Of a stretch of 64,000 nt of DNA, positions 44,236 to 53,900 are shown in pieces. A program made the translations under genes and the position numbers. The notes under the pieces were generated by a model. The model did not search any database. It was not told where the DNA came from and saw nothing but the letters and a program-made list of their open reading frames with translations. The first letter of the stretch is position 1, and each line of letters begins with the position of its first letter. The stretch is from a virus: positions 1-64,000 of IMG/VR virus record IMGVR_UViG_3300020477_001611. The stretch is one strand, 5' to 3'.

Positions 44236-45201
44236 TTACGAAGCTGCCCTTACGAATCTAAAGGGAATGTTAACGCTAATTCCCGTCTTATCTCCACGTA
44301 CCCTAACTATAGCATCAATGGTTTTAGCGGTCGTATTTCCACTAGCCTTCTGAGTCGGGAAATAACTAGAGACATCCGTACCGATCGTGTCAAATAAATA
44401 ATCGCTATTGGCAATATCAGAAGAGCCCCATAAAGAAAATTTAAGTCGTTGGCCGCGGGGTCCGGAAATTACTGAGTCTCCCTGAGATGCGTCCGGGGCA
44501 GATGTATAAAAATCAGCCGCACTTAAAACGTAAGTGGCTATATTGTTTGTATCGATGAAAGAGGCGTCAATTGGATCTCCGTTGGGGTTAACAACCTTCC
44601 CGAGCCTATCATCAATTTCTAGAATATAGGTATCTTCAACCAGATCTGCTGGGACGCTCGTATTCCACGATATGGCCGTTGTATCTAAGCCCTGATCTAC
44701 AGCCACTGCAGTCGTGTAGGCCGTGGTGAATGAGGTGCCATCAATGAAGCCATCGGGAACAGTTTTCTGATTAGGGTCAGATGTGTCCCTATTTTCTGTA
44801 TATTTCTTTACTGCGGTATCGTTAACCAACACCACAAACTGGTTAGATGTTCCACCATTGTCAGTGGAGGTGGCATATGGCATTCCAACCATAGAGGTGG
44901 CGTTAATGCGAGCGACAGGCAAATAAAGCTGTTCATTCAGGCCCTTAAGAGTTATTAATCTTTGCTTAATGGCCGCGGCAGCCTCGGGGATAGCCTCCAA
45001 CACAGGAGTTTTTAAAATGTTCAAGTCGCGGTTTGCGCTGGACTTTGAAGTGTCATAAAGTGAGTAGTTTATTTCGTCGTCGCCAAGAGCAAAACTAACT
45101 ATTCTAAAACTTCCATCAGCCCGGGCTAACATCTTCCGGCCGACATCGGTTAGGACAGCGTCTAAAATAATATCACCACTGTTGTCTAAAAAAGAACTCA
45201 T
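44236..45201 (-). CDS. Putative baseplate/tail structural protein
   Basis: N-terminal DAVLTDVGRKMLA...FALGDDEINY. Confidence 0.65.
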   Translation of the reverse strand: MSSFLDNSGDIILDAVLTDVGRKMLARADGSFRIVSFALGDDEINYSLYDTSKSSANRDLNILKTPVLEAIPEAAAAIKQRLITLKGLNEQLYLPVARINATSMVGMPYATSTDNGGTSNQFVVLVNDTAVKKYTENRDTSDPNQKTVPDGFIDGTSFTTAYTTAVAVDQGLDTTAISWNTSVPADLVEDTYILEIDDRLGKVVNPNGDPIDASFIDTNNIATYVLSAADFYTSAPDASQGDSVISGPRGQRLKFSLWGSSDIANSDYLFDTIGTDVSSYFPTQKASGNTTAKTIDAIVRVRGDKTGISVNIPFRFVRAAS

Positions 45202-45228
45202 TTTTTTCCCCTTAATACGGTTATCACA

Positions 45229-45238
45229 AATAAATAGT
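45229..45238 (-). promoter_or_regulatory. Candidate late promoter (ACTATTTATT)
   Basis: Intergenic, upstream of an AAGGGG RBS and the ATG at 45201. Confidence 0.55.
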
Positions 45239-45254
45239 CATTCAAAACTTATTT

Positions 45255-48239
45255 TTACTCAAGCCATTCACCAGCTTGTCCGTTATTCAAAACTTCTTCT
45301 ACGTTTGAAATATCTTTTAAAGTTTCATATAGATCCGACCACTCTGGATCATCTTTGAACTTCTTCAATAATGTAAATAGGTTCTCGCATTCATTTTTGT
45401 TGGTCGCCTTGTTGGCCAATTCTGTTAGCACGCCAGCCACCATGGCCAAAACTAAATTTCCAGACGACATCATCACTTTTTGCCAGCCGGCGACGCTGCA
45501 CTTGCCAGTTTTGGGATAAAACTTTTCAACGGCTGCAGCCAGAGGGTCTTCCCACGAAACCAAAACATCGTCAGGGGTGGCACTAAGAACCCCTATAGCC
45601 GGGTCGTGTTTGTCCTTTCTATACAAAATATTAAAATCAACCTTGCGACCAGTTTTGTTAGAAGTAATTCTCATTTTAAACTGTGGCTGTGTTACATCAA
45701 TATCCGAAAAAACCGAAGGGGCTAAATAGCCCAAATCTGGAATTTTTTGCTTTATGTTGGGCGCAGACTGTAAAAGGGCCGGTTCTAATCTCACCTTTTG
45801 AGTGAAAGTTTTTTCCGTCTTTCTCTCCGGTGGCGTATCTTGGCCTATCTCCACAATATCCACCAATGGATATACAGTCCCCCCTTCATCAAAAATTTTC
45901 ACTGAATAAACCTGTGAAGGATATGAAACTAAGCCGATATTGCCCACCGCCCTAAACAAAAAATAATGTTGCACATTTGGTTCGATGTCCAAAATGGTGT
46001 GGCTCCCTTCCTTGATTATATTAACCTCTTTCTTTAATGTTTCAAAATCCTTCACCGACGTGGGAGGAACATCACCACTAAGCTGATAAACGCGGACGCT
46101 TTGCCATGGCTGGTCCTGAAACGGGACTGTGGTGTCCCCCACTGCTTTTTCGGGATTTTGAGTTTTATAAAAATCCTGAGCCTTTTGCCAGCCGGCCTCC
46201 CAATTTTCTTTTTTAATCTCTTTTAGAATAACTCCCTCGTCACCGCCAACCGAAACATGTTTAAAATTAAATAAAATTTTATTATTTATTCCCCTGAAAG
46301 GGTAAAACTCAACCCACGCTGGGACTGGCGGGTATTTGAAATTAGATATAGATTTTGTCTGACTAGGTTTAATAGTCCCCACTTCGCGAACTTCCCAAGC
46401 TATTTTCTCATTGTAATCAAAAGAATACATCAAACCTGTAGAAGTGTCAGTCGCTTCTGTACTTAAAACGTAAGAAGAGTAGACTACCGGCATTAAAATT
46501 AATGAAGTCACAGCATACTCATAGATAGAATCATAAAAAAGCTGTGAATCGTATAGGGCTATAAGCTCCTTGTCAGACGTGGCATCTTGAGTGTCAATCA
46601 TGAACGATTGAATTGGAGATGTCTGAACGCTATTATATTTTGCCACCCTGTTTCCTATTGTAATAATTTTATGTTGTGACTGCAGAGATGCAGGAAGATC
46701 TTTCTCCCAAGAATTTGGTGTATCCAACAATTGAGCCGAGCCGTGAAAAAGGCTCATAAGCGGAAACGCGGCTGGTGCTGACACAACTTTATATTCCTTA
46801 TCTACCAACATATCAGGGTAGGTGGACATCTTAGTATAGGGCGCTGCGACGCCTATATTTTTTAAATATTGGGCTGAAACGGCAGACCACGTATTGGCAT
46901 CTGTCCAATCCCTGTCTTTTGACAGCGGCATAAAATTCGTTGAGTAACTAGCTAAATGACTTTTTACAATATTGAGGGTAGGTGGATTTAAACGCTCATC
47001 AGCGCCGGGTGTAAAAACTTGGTTATTTTCGTTCAAAAATTGTAAATAGCCTAAAATCCAATAAGCATAAGATCCTTGAGGGAGCTTATGCTTCAATTTC
47101 AATCGCAAGTCGGGAGGCACCAAGTCTTTCAAGGTTATTTGTAGTCTCTTGTAAAAAGGAATATTGTGAGATGCTCCGTTTATGGTCGTAACACTTTTTT
47201 TGGCCGTGTCGATATCCAACAAAACATGAGATGCTTGCGGCCATGACATTAACTCAGAAGTATAAGATAACACATTTGCTACATCGATAGTGTTACCATC
47301 AGGTGTCGTTGTGGGGGGCGCCTTGTCGACCACATCTTCATATGCAAAAGCCAGAGATGTCTCTTTCTTAACCCCCTCCTCTGTGCTAGGCTTTAAGAGC
47401 CGGCCGAAGTCATCAATATAATTTTCCACCGTTGTTAGGCCCACGGGCATTGCTGCCTGATCTGGATTGGTTTTTGGACTATAATAGTATGACCGCCGCG
47501 TTTGGCCAATTTTCTTTTCAATTTTTAACTCATATAGTTTTTTCATCAAGTCATCTAATAAAAGACGACGAGCTTCTGGAGTGGCAGCATAAGGGGGTAT
47601 GGATTTTTGTAGCATGTCTACATAACTGGAGCCTCCCCACAGACTATAATTCCACCCCTTTTTACCTTTAGGCAAGTACATATGTAGCAAGAGAATTAAA
47701 GCCACCAGTGCATTAGAGTGCGCCTCAATAGTAATTTTAAGCTTACGCGTCTCGTAAGGCATCTGGCCCGGAGGCCTCACCTCATTAACAATGTATTCCA
47801 AAGGGCCGCCCTTTCCAACATGCTGCTGGAGTTGTTGGTTGACTAATAAATAAAGCCAATCCTTCTGAGTGAAATTGGCATTAATAAACGGGCCACTGGT
47901 CATGCCAAAAGCTGGGCATTTACCATCCGAATTGGGCATACACATATAATCAATAAAACCCTCAATGCTCCATGTTGATTTCACATTCTTAAAATAGGAA
48001 GAGGCCATTTGTGATAAATAAGATTTATAATTATACTGAGTGAGGGCATCCGAGATGGTGGGGGAAAACATGATCTTGTCTGGGTGCCATGGATTCTTAA
48101 ACCACACGCGGTTGAGTATATAAGCTAGCGGATCTCCTATCGGATAGGATGCGTTCATCGTAGTCTCATACAAATCCTCTCCCAAGGACTGAGCGTAAGA
48201 GCCGGCACTAATCTTTAAGCTTTTCTTTTTTTCCACCAT
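45255..48239 (-). CDS. Large hypothetical protein, probably structural
   Basis: 994-aa ORF in the baseplate cluster. Confidence 0.6.
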   Translation of the reverse strand: MVEKKKSLKISAGSYAQSLGEDLYETTMNASYPIGDPLAYILNRVWFKNPWHPDKIMFSPTISDALTQYNYKSYLSQMASSYFKNVKSTWSIEGFIDYMCMPNSDGKCPAFGMTSGPFINANFTQKDWLYLLVNQQLQQHVGKGGPLEYIVNEVRPPGQMPYETRKLKITIEAHSNALVALILLLHMYLPKGKKGWNYSLWGGSSYVDMLQKSIPPYAATPEARRLLLDDLMKKLYELKIEKKIGQTRRSYYYSPKTNPDQAAMPVGLTTVENYIDDFGRLLKPSTEEGVKKETSLAFAYEDVVDKAPPTTTPDGNTIDVANVLSYTSELMSWPQASHVLLDIDTAKKSVTTINGASHNIPFYKRLQITLKDLVPPDLRLKLKHKLPQGSYAYWILGYLQFLNENNQVFTPGADERLNPPTLNIVKSHLASYSTNFMPLSKDRDWTDANTWSAVSAQYLKNIGVAAPYTKMSTYPDMLVDKEYKVVSAPAAFPLMSLFHGSAQLLDTPNSWEKDLPASLQSQHKIITIGNRVAKYNSVQTSPIQSFMIDTQDATSDKELIALYDSQLFYDSIYEYAVTSLILMPVVYSSYVLSTEATDTSTGLMYSFDYNEKIAWEVREVGTIKPSQTKSISNFKYPPVPAWVEFYPFRGINNKILFNFKHVSVGGDEGVILKEIKKENWEAGWQKAQDFYKTQNPEKAVGDTTVPFQDQPWQSVRVYQLSGDVPPTSVKDFETLKKEVNIIKEGSHTILDIEPNVQHYFLFRAVGNIGLVSYPSQVYSVKIFDEGGTVYPLVDIVEIGQDTPPERKTEKTFTQKVRLEPALLQSAPNIKQKIPDLGYLAPSVFSDIDVTQPQFKMRITSNKTGRKVDFNILYRKDKHDPAIGVLSATPDDVLVSWEDPLAAAVEKFYPKTGKCSVAGWQKVMMSSGNLVLAMVAGVLTELANKATNKNECENLFTLLKKFKDDPEWSDLYETLKDISNVEEVLNNGQAGEWLE

Positions 48240-48242
48240 TGT

Positions 48243-50048
48243 CTAAAAGCCCCCCTCGCCGATCAGATAAAAAATTCCATTATAATATTCAGAATGTCCT
48301 TTGACCCTGCAAAGAATTGCCTGCTGGCCAGTCAATTGATCAACAACCGAACTACCCAAATCTTTCCACACAAAACCAGCCACCGTGTCCTTTAAGAAAT
48401 CTAAATACTCAAATTCATATTTTTGCTCAGAAACTGTTGTCAGTGTAGTAAACTTTGGCAGCGAAGTAATCGATGTCAACGCTTCTTGAATCTCGTCTGA
48501 TTCTCCACAATTAATATCTAAATTTTTATCATTTCTAAGCTTATCAGCTGCTAATATTTCTTTTATATTTATAACTTTAAAAGAAGGTATTAATTGAAGA
48601 GTCGATGTTAGATCAAATGACTTGACATTTAGTTTTGCCAATGTATCTTTCCCCTCGGTGGCACCCTGAAAAGTTGAGCCCGCCGAAGCCTTTAAGTTAT
48701 AATTTGCCACAGTAGACAAAGGTAAATTTAAATTTATATTACTCTGTATCCTCACCCGCTGTAAAAAAGAAAAATCATAAAAAGTTAATGGTGTTTTAGG
48801 GTAAGTAAATTTAGGATATGTAATAGCGGTCGATGGTTTGTTGTTTTTAACAATTTTAGTTTTATCAGAATCCAACTTAGATGTAATCTCTCCAATAAAA
48901 TCAAAAAGTATTTTTTGATATTCCAAATCAGAAACCGCCACGCTCTCATTAACCAGTGCATCAAACTCCATTGGTATTGGCTCCTTAGTATAAAAAGCAC
49001 TAACAGTTGCAGAAATAAAACCTTTATCCTGTTTGTTGTCTTCTATTTGAGTAATATAGTTGCGTGCAGTCTTTTTAGTTCGATCATCAAAAAGCATTCT
49101 CAATTCCAAATCGTATTCAGTAACCCGGCTCACGTCTCTAATAGAAAAATCAAAGAACAGTTTCCCTGAAGAATTGCCCACCTTAAGATCCTTAGCAACA
49201 TTACAATCGGCCACCACAGTTGATACCACCACTTGATTGTCTGGTCTTTTTAATTTCTTTAAATAAACTTGGCTCTTTAAAACAAAGGCGCTCCAATCAG
49301 GAATAGCCGAAGCCAAACTTGGAAATGCAGCGTAAACACTTAAAAACTTTTCCATGTCAAAAGCAAAAACCCCAAGCATCTCGTCTGTGGGTGACGCAGT
49401 ATAATAAATGTTGGAAAGGTATTTTTCCTCAAAAAGCTTTAATTTTGCTTGAGCTTGCGAGAATAAAGGCGATGTAAAATCTAAAATAGAAAAATTAACT
49501 GGTATTTGTGGGAGGCTTTTTATGTTGGCGTTCCCCTTGTCAAAGAGCTTAGTTTGGTAGACTATCCCTTCTTTGGTGTTTTCATCAAATAAAGAAACAA
49601 AAATCTTAAAGTTCTGATAATCACGATTAATATTTAAACTTATCCGCTTTGTCATTATTTCGTCTAAAGTGCAAGCCATCTGAGGTATCACAAGCGTCCC
49701 CAGTTTTTGATCTTCCGTTCTATTGCTTGTAAAAAAAATAGACTCAATAACGGAGCGTGAAGCTTCACTGCTACTAAAATTAAAATCATTCAAATAGCTC
49801 AATAAATTTTGATCAGCAAAAATTATATTTGCATTCGGAAAATTAAAGTCATCTTCACGCTCAACATAATTCAATGAAAATGTAGCCACGTCGCCACTTA
49901 TAACCGGAGTTGTAACTTCAATTTGAAAATCGCCCTCCACAACAGATGATAGCTCGGGTGGCCACACAAACAATAAATCATTATCATAATTTAATTCTTC
50001 TGTGGTAGCCCCTTGTACGGCGCTCATGAGACTATAAAGGCTAGCCAT
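48243..50048 (-). CDS. Hypothetical protein, probably structural
   Basis: 601-aa ORF in the baseplate cluster. Confidence 0.6.
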   Translation of the reverse strand: MASLYSLMSAVQGATTEELNYDNDLLFVWPPELSSVVEGDFQIEVTTPVISGDVATFSLNYVEREDDFNFPNANIIFADQNLLSYLNDFNFSSSEASRSVIESIFFTSNRTEDQKLGTLVIPQMACTLDEIMTKRISLNINRDYQNFKIFVSLFDENTKEGIVYQTKLFDKGNANIKSLPQIPVNFSILDFTSPLFSQAQAKLKLFEEKYLSNIYYTASPTDEMLGVFAFDMEKFLSVYAAFPSLASAIPDWSAFVLKSQVYLKKLKRPDNQVVVSTVVADCNVAKDLKVGNSSGKLFFDFSIRDVSRVTEYDLELRMLFDDRTKKTARNYITQIEDNKQDKGFISATVSAFYTKEPIPMEFDALVNESVAVSDLEYQKILFDFIGEITSKLDSDKTKIVKNNKPSTAITYPKFTYPKTPLTFYDFSFLQRVRIQSNINLNLPLSTVANYNLKASAGSTFQGATEGKDTLAKLNVKSFDLTSTLQLIPSFKVINIKEILAADKLRNDKNLDINCGESDEIQEALTSITSLPKFTTLTTVSEQKYEFEYLDFLKDTVAGFVWKDLGSSVVDQLTGQQAILCRVKGHSEYYNGIFYLIGEGGF

Positions 50049-50050
50049 TT

Positions 50051-50938
50051 TTACCCTCCGCTCCCCGGCTCAACACACTCATCTTCTGTAGTTTTTACGG
50101 TCATATCTTCATCGACAAATGTAACTTTAGTTTTGCCAACAGCTTCGTCGGTAGCAATATTAAAATACCATTCTACAGAATCTTCTGTTATGATTTCATC
50201 ATTAAAATAGAGTGGCTTCATCTCTTTAAGGTTGTTCTCTTGGTCATACTCGTACTTATAAACCTCAATTGTGAAACCGTGAGAAGACGATAATACATTT
50301 TCCTCTTGAACAAGCATCGTGAAATCATCAAATGATTTTTTTAAAAACATCACTGAATTTTCGTTGCCCTTTGGAAAAACATCTTGGGTTGTAAGATTTT
50401 TACTAGCAGCTAATTGCTTATTAAAAAACGCACTTTTTGAAGTTGAATTAGTGTCTGTTTTATCAACCCCTTCGTAAGTTCTTAACTTATAATCGCATCT
50501 TAAATCTAATTGAGGAACTTTTTCTCGGCTCCCCCCTGCTGCAGCGGCAGCTTCAGGAAGATCATAACTAATCTGCGTCGAGCCAGTAACTAATTGGCCT
50601 GCGAGCATTTTAATAGACCATGCTGGTTTATAACTATCAAAGATACTAAATGTTCCCAAGCTTGGATATTGATTTGCCAAGGGTTTTCTCTTTTCTTTAA
50701 AATTAATGGCTTTCTGAAACCCGGACTGGGCTTTTATATATGGCCCCTGTTTGATTCTATCAGAAGCTTCATTTTGTTCTTCGGTGTCGGTTCGGTTGGC
50801 CCAAGCAATGTCATAAAGAACACCCTCATCAAAAAACTCATAATAAGCAGGCTTCAACTCGCCCCTTGACAACTTTTCCCTGCCAACTCGCGTAAGTCGA
50901 AAATCAATCACCTCTTCTTTTCTATCAAAAAACGTCAT
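50051..50938 (-). CDS. Putative baseplate/tail structural protein
   Basis: N-terminal IDFRLTRVGREKLSRG...FFDEGVLYD, paralogous to the N-terminus of 44236..45201. Confidence 0.6.
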   Translation of the reverse strand: MTFFDRKEEVIDFRLTRVGREKLSRGELKPAYYEFFDEGVLYDIAWANRTDTEEQNEASDRIKQGPYIKAQSGFQKAINFKEKRKPLANQYPSLGTFSIFDSYKPAWSIKMLAGQLVTGSTQISYDLPEAAAAAGGSREKVPQLDLRCDYKLRTYEGVDKTDTNSTSKSAFFNKQLAASKNLTTQDVFPKGNENSVMFLKKSFDDFTMLVQEENVLSSSHGFTIEVYKYEYDQENNLKEMKPLYFNDEIITEDSVEWYFNIATDEAVGKTKVTFVDEDMTVKTTEDECVEPGSGG

Positions 50939-50954
50939 TTAATAAACTCTTTCT

Positions 50955-50964
50955 TATAATTAGC
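50955..50964 (-). promoter_or_regulatory. Candidate late promoter (GCTAATTATA)
   Basis: Overlaps the stop of the giant gene, 16 nt upstream of the next ATG. Confidence 0.45.
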
Positions 50965-53900
50965 CATAATATGCTTTTTCCCACGATACATGATCTTTAC
51001 ATGGCATCCAATATTGACCCATAGCATGTACCTGCCCTTGACAGCCTTCGTTGGTGTAGCTCTCAGATGTTGCTATTGCAGCGTTTCGATCTTCATAAAG
51101 CTCTTCTGGCGGGATGCTGGCTAGTGGATCCTCTTCTTCCTCTGCCGGCTCCTCTTCTTCGTAAACACAACTGCCATCATCAACTGTTGCCTTTTCATTA
51201 TAGTTGTTGGCGTTAGAATCCGTGCACCCATAGATGATTTCATCCTCAATGCCAGCCTCAAATGGGTCTTCCTCTTCGAAAGCGCCGAGGTCGGACAGGT
51301 CACCAGTAAAAAGCTCATCAGATCTTGAAGGAGGCATCTCATCTGCGCTATCCTCTAACACGCACTTGCAATTTTTACACACATAGCCGCCATCAGTATC
51401 GCACGTTCCAAGGGCTCCGTCACTGCTGCACTCCGCGTCGGGATTAGGCTCACAAGAAACCGTCACGTCGCTAGATAAGGCGCTCATGGTGGTCTTGCAG
51501 GTGTGACACTCTGGGCAGTCATCATCGTTCTTGCAAACCGGCTCTTCTTCTTCCCGTGGCGGCACATATGGTAGCCCGCACTTAATAACCAATTCTTCAA
51601 AAGATTGTCCCTGTTCTGGCGACAACTCTATCCCCAGTGATAAAAGCTCTTGTAAACGAGCCAACTCTTGCAGTTCGGGTGATGAACAAATTGCTTGTGT
51701 TGGCGCAGCGGTGTTTGTTGGCGCTGAGATGGTAAGTGGTTCGCCAAGGGCTGCTCTTTTCGCAATGACCTCTTCAGGTCTAATATAGCCACCACCACGA
51801 ATATCTTTTATTCTATTGGGTGCATCGTTTCTGACCTCAAAACCGACTTCCATCTTACCTAGCTCGATCAACGAGAAATAATCATAGGGCCAATTATAGG
51901 AAAAGCGCTGGGCGATTGGATAACGATAAGCGGGCACCCCAGTCAATGCTGCTTGTGTAACATAATAATCGTATTCGGCTCGCTTTTTAATTTTGAAAAT
52001 ACGCCATCTTATATCTTTAGGTATCTTTTTGTCCCTAAATCCATTATATTGAAAAATTGTTGGTGATAACAATTCGCCATCCACCAATGGATGTTCTATA
52101 ATAACAGTCTCAGTTTCGGGGGTAACAGCTTGGGAGGGCATCACCCCCTGCCACCATTTTGATAGATCTGCCTGTGTTAGTGTAGAAGTAAACTCGCTAA
52201 TATACATTGAAAATGGTGGATTAACATTGCCATATTCCTCCTTTGTAGTTGGCACCCTTTTGGCCTGATCTCGTTTCCAGACGAAATCATAAATAGGGGG
52301 CACCACATACTTATCCATTTTCTTAATCATATCTGCAACCGAATTAGTCGTTAGGCGGTCCTGCCTTACATCGGCATAGCTTTTTTCAAAAATGTTAAAT
52401 GGAATTTCAAAGTATGTTTCTTCACCAGTTTCACAATCTACATAAAAAGGTATGGCACATATTGCTTCTTCCACAATTTGTTCAGCCTTAAATCGCCCAA
52501 TGGGCTCAGGTCGACTTGCAAAACCACAGGCTTCCACCAATGACCCTGTTAGTTCGCGGTTAATTGCATCTGGATATACGGAGTTTCCGCTCCACGAGGC
52601 CTTGCTCAGTTTCATGTTGAGGCGCGTGGCAGTGCCCGAAAGTTCTGTAGCTGCAACATCTGAAAACTGATGCCACATTCCCCTAGTACCGCACACGGTG
52701 CCCGCCGTGCCGATCGAGTGGGGATTTGGCTCGGCCGTTGGTGCGACTGGGTTGGCTGTGCTAGCATCACCATCTTTAAAGAAGTTTAATACAGGCGCCT
52801 CCCACTTTGTTCGTATTGTCCACCTCTTATCTGCATCAAGCTCAAACATGTCAATACTTGCTGACAAAGCCATGAAGCTGGCCGACGAGGGTACCATGGA
52901 ATTGCTGTTAATGGCAGTGGCACACGCATTATTTCCAGCGCCATTTAGCTCAGTCCAACTGTTTGAATTTCGTATGGTTGAATTGGCAATGATATCCGAA
53001 AATGAAAAAGAAGATTGGCCGACCTTTCCGCTACTTGGCAGTAAATTGGTGGGATCGAACTCTAATGTCGCTCTTGTGTAGGCGGGGGCGGAATAATGGA
53101 ACGAGGAGCCGCCGAAGACATCGCCAATGCAGGCGGCGGGGGCGCCGCAGCCATAACAGTTGTTGGCGGCAACAAAATCAAAATACGCCGCTTGTCCCTC
53201 ATATGCCATAAACATCACCCCGGGTGGGGCATGATGAATATAGGGATATGGTCCAAAAGCTGCGGGGTTTGAATATTGTACAAAAGAGACTGGCTTTGTT
53301 ATTATAACGTCCATTGCAAACTTTTTGACGCCGGCGCTTGAACTCAATGGCCCTTCAAAGGTCCATGATGATTCTGGCGCAGATTTAAAAGTTGTTAGGC
53401 CATCTAGGAAAAAATTGGGCACTTCTGCAAAAAAATTATGAGCAGCGTACTGGTAAAGTCCATCTGTTTTATTGACGGCACCGGTGGTGTCTTGCACTAT
53501 CGGCATCGGACTATGGGCCGAATAATAGCTGCCGCTACTGGGGCATATTTGAAAAATGTTGCCCACATATTCATGAGGGGCCAATATTGCATCAAAGGGT
53601 GCGCGTGATTCAAATTCTTGATCAATGCTTGCAGATGCGCGGCCGGCGATAGTCGATTTATAAGGGAAATCACAAGCAAGGCCGGCCTTGATGGAGTTAT
53701 AGCCAATCCCGGGGGCCCAAAATGGCATTAAAGAAGTCTCATAAGTGGGAGAGTTTCCAAGCGGAATGCTGGACGGCGTATTTCCGGGCCCTTGGTCGTA
53801 GTCTGAATTGGCATAAGACTGAGAGAAAATCTGCGCCAACTGAACTGTTCTTTGTTGTGGGTAGAAACCATCCTTGGGCAAAATTTGCTTTACGACATCA

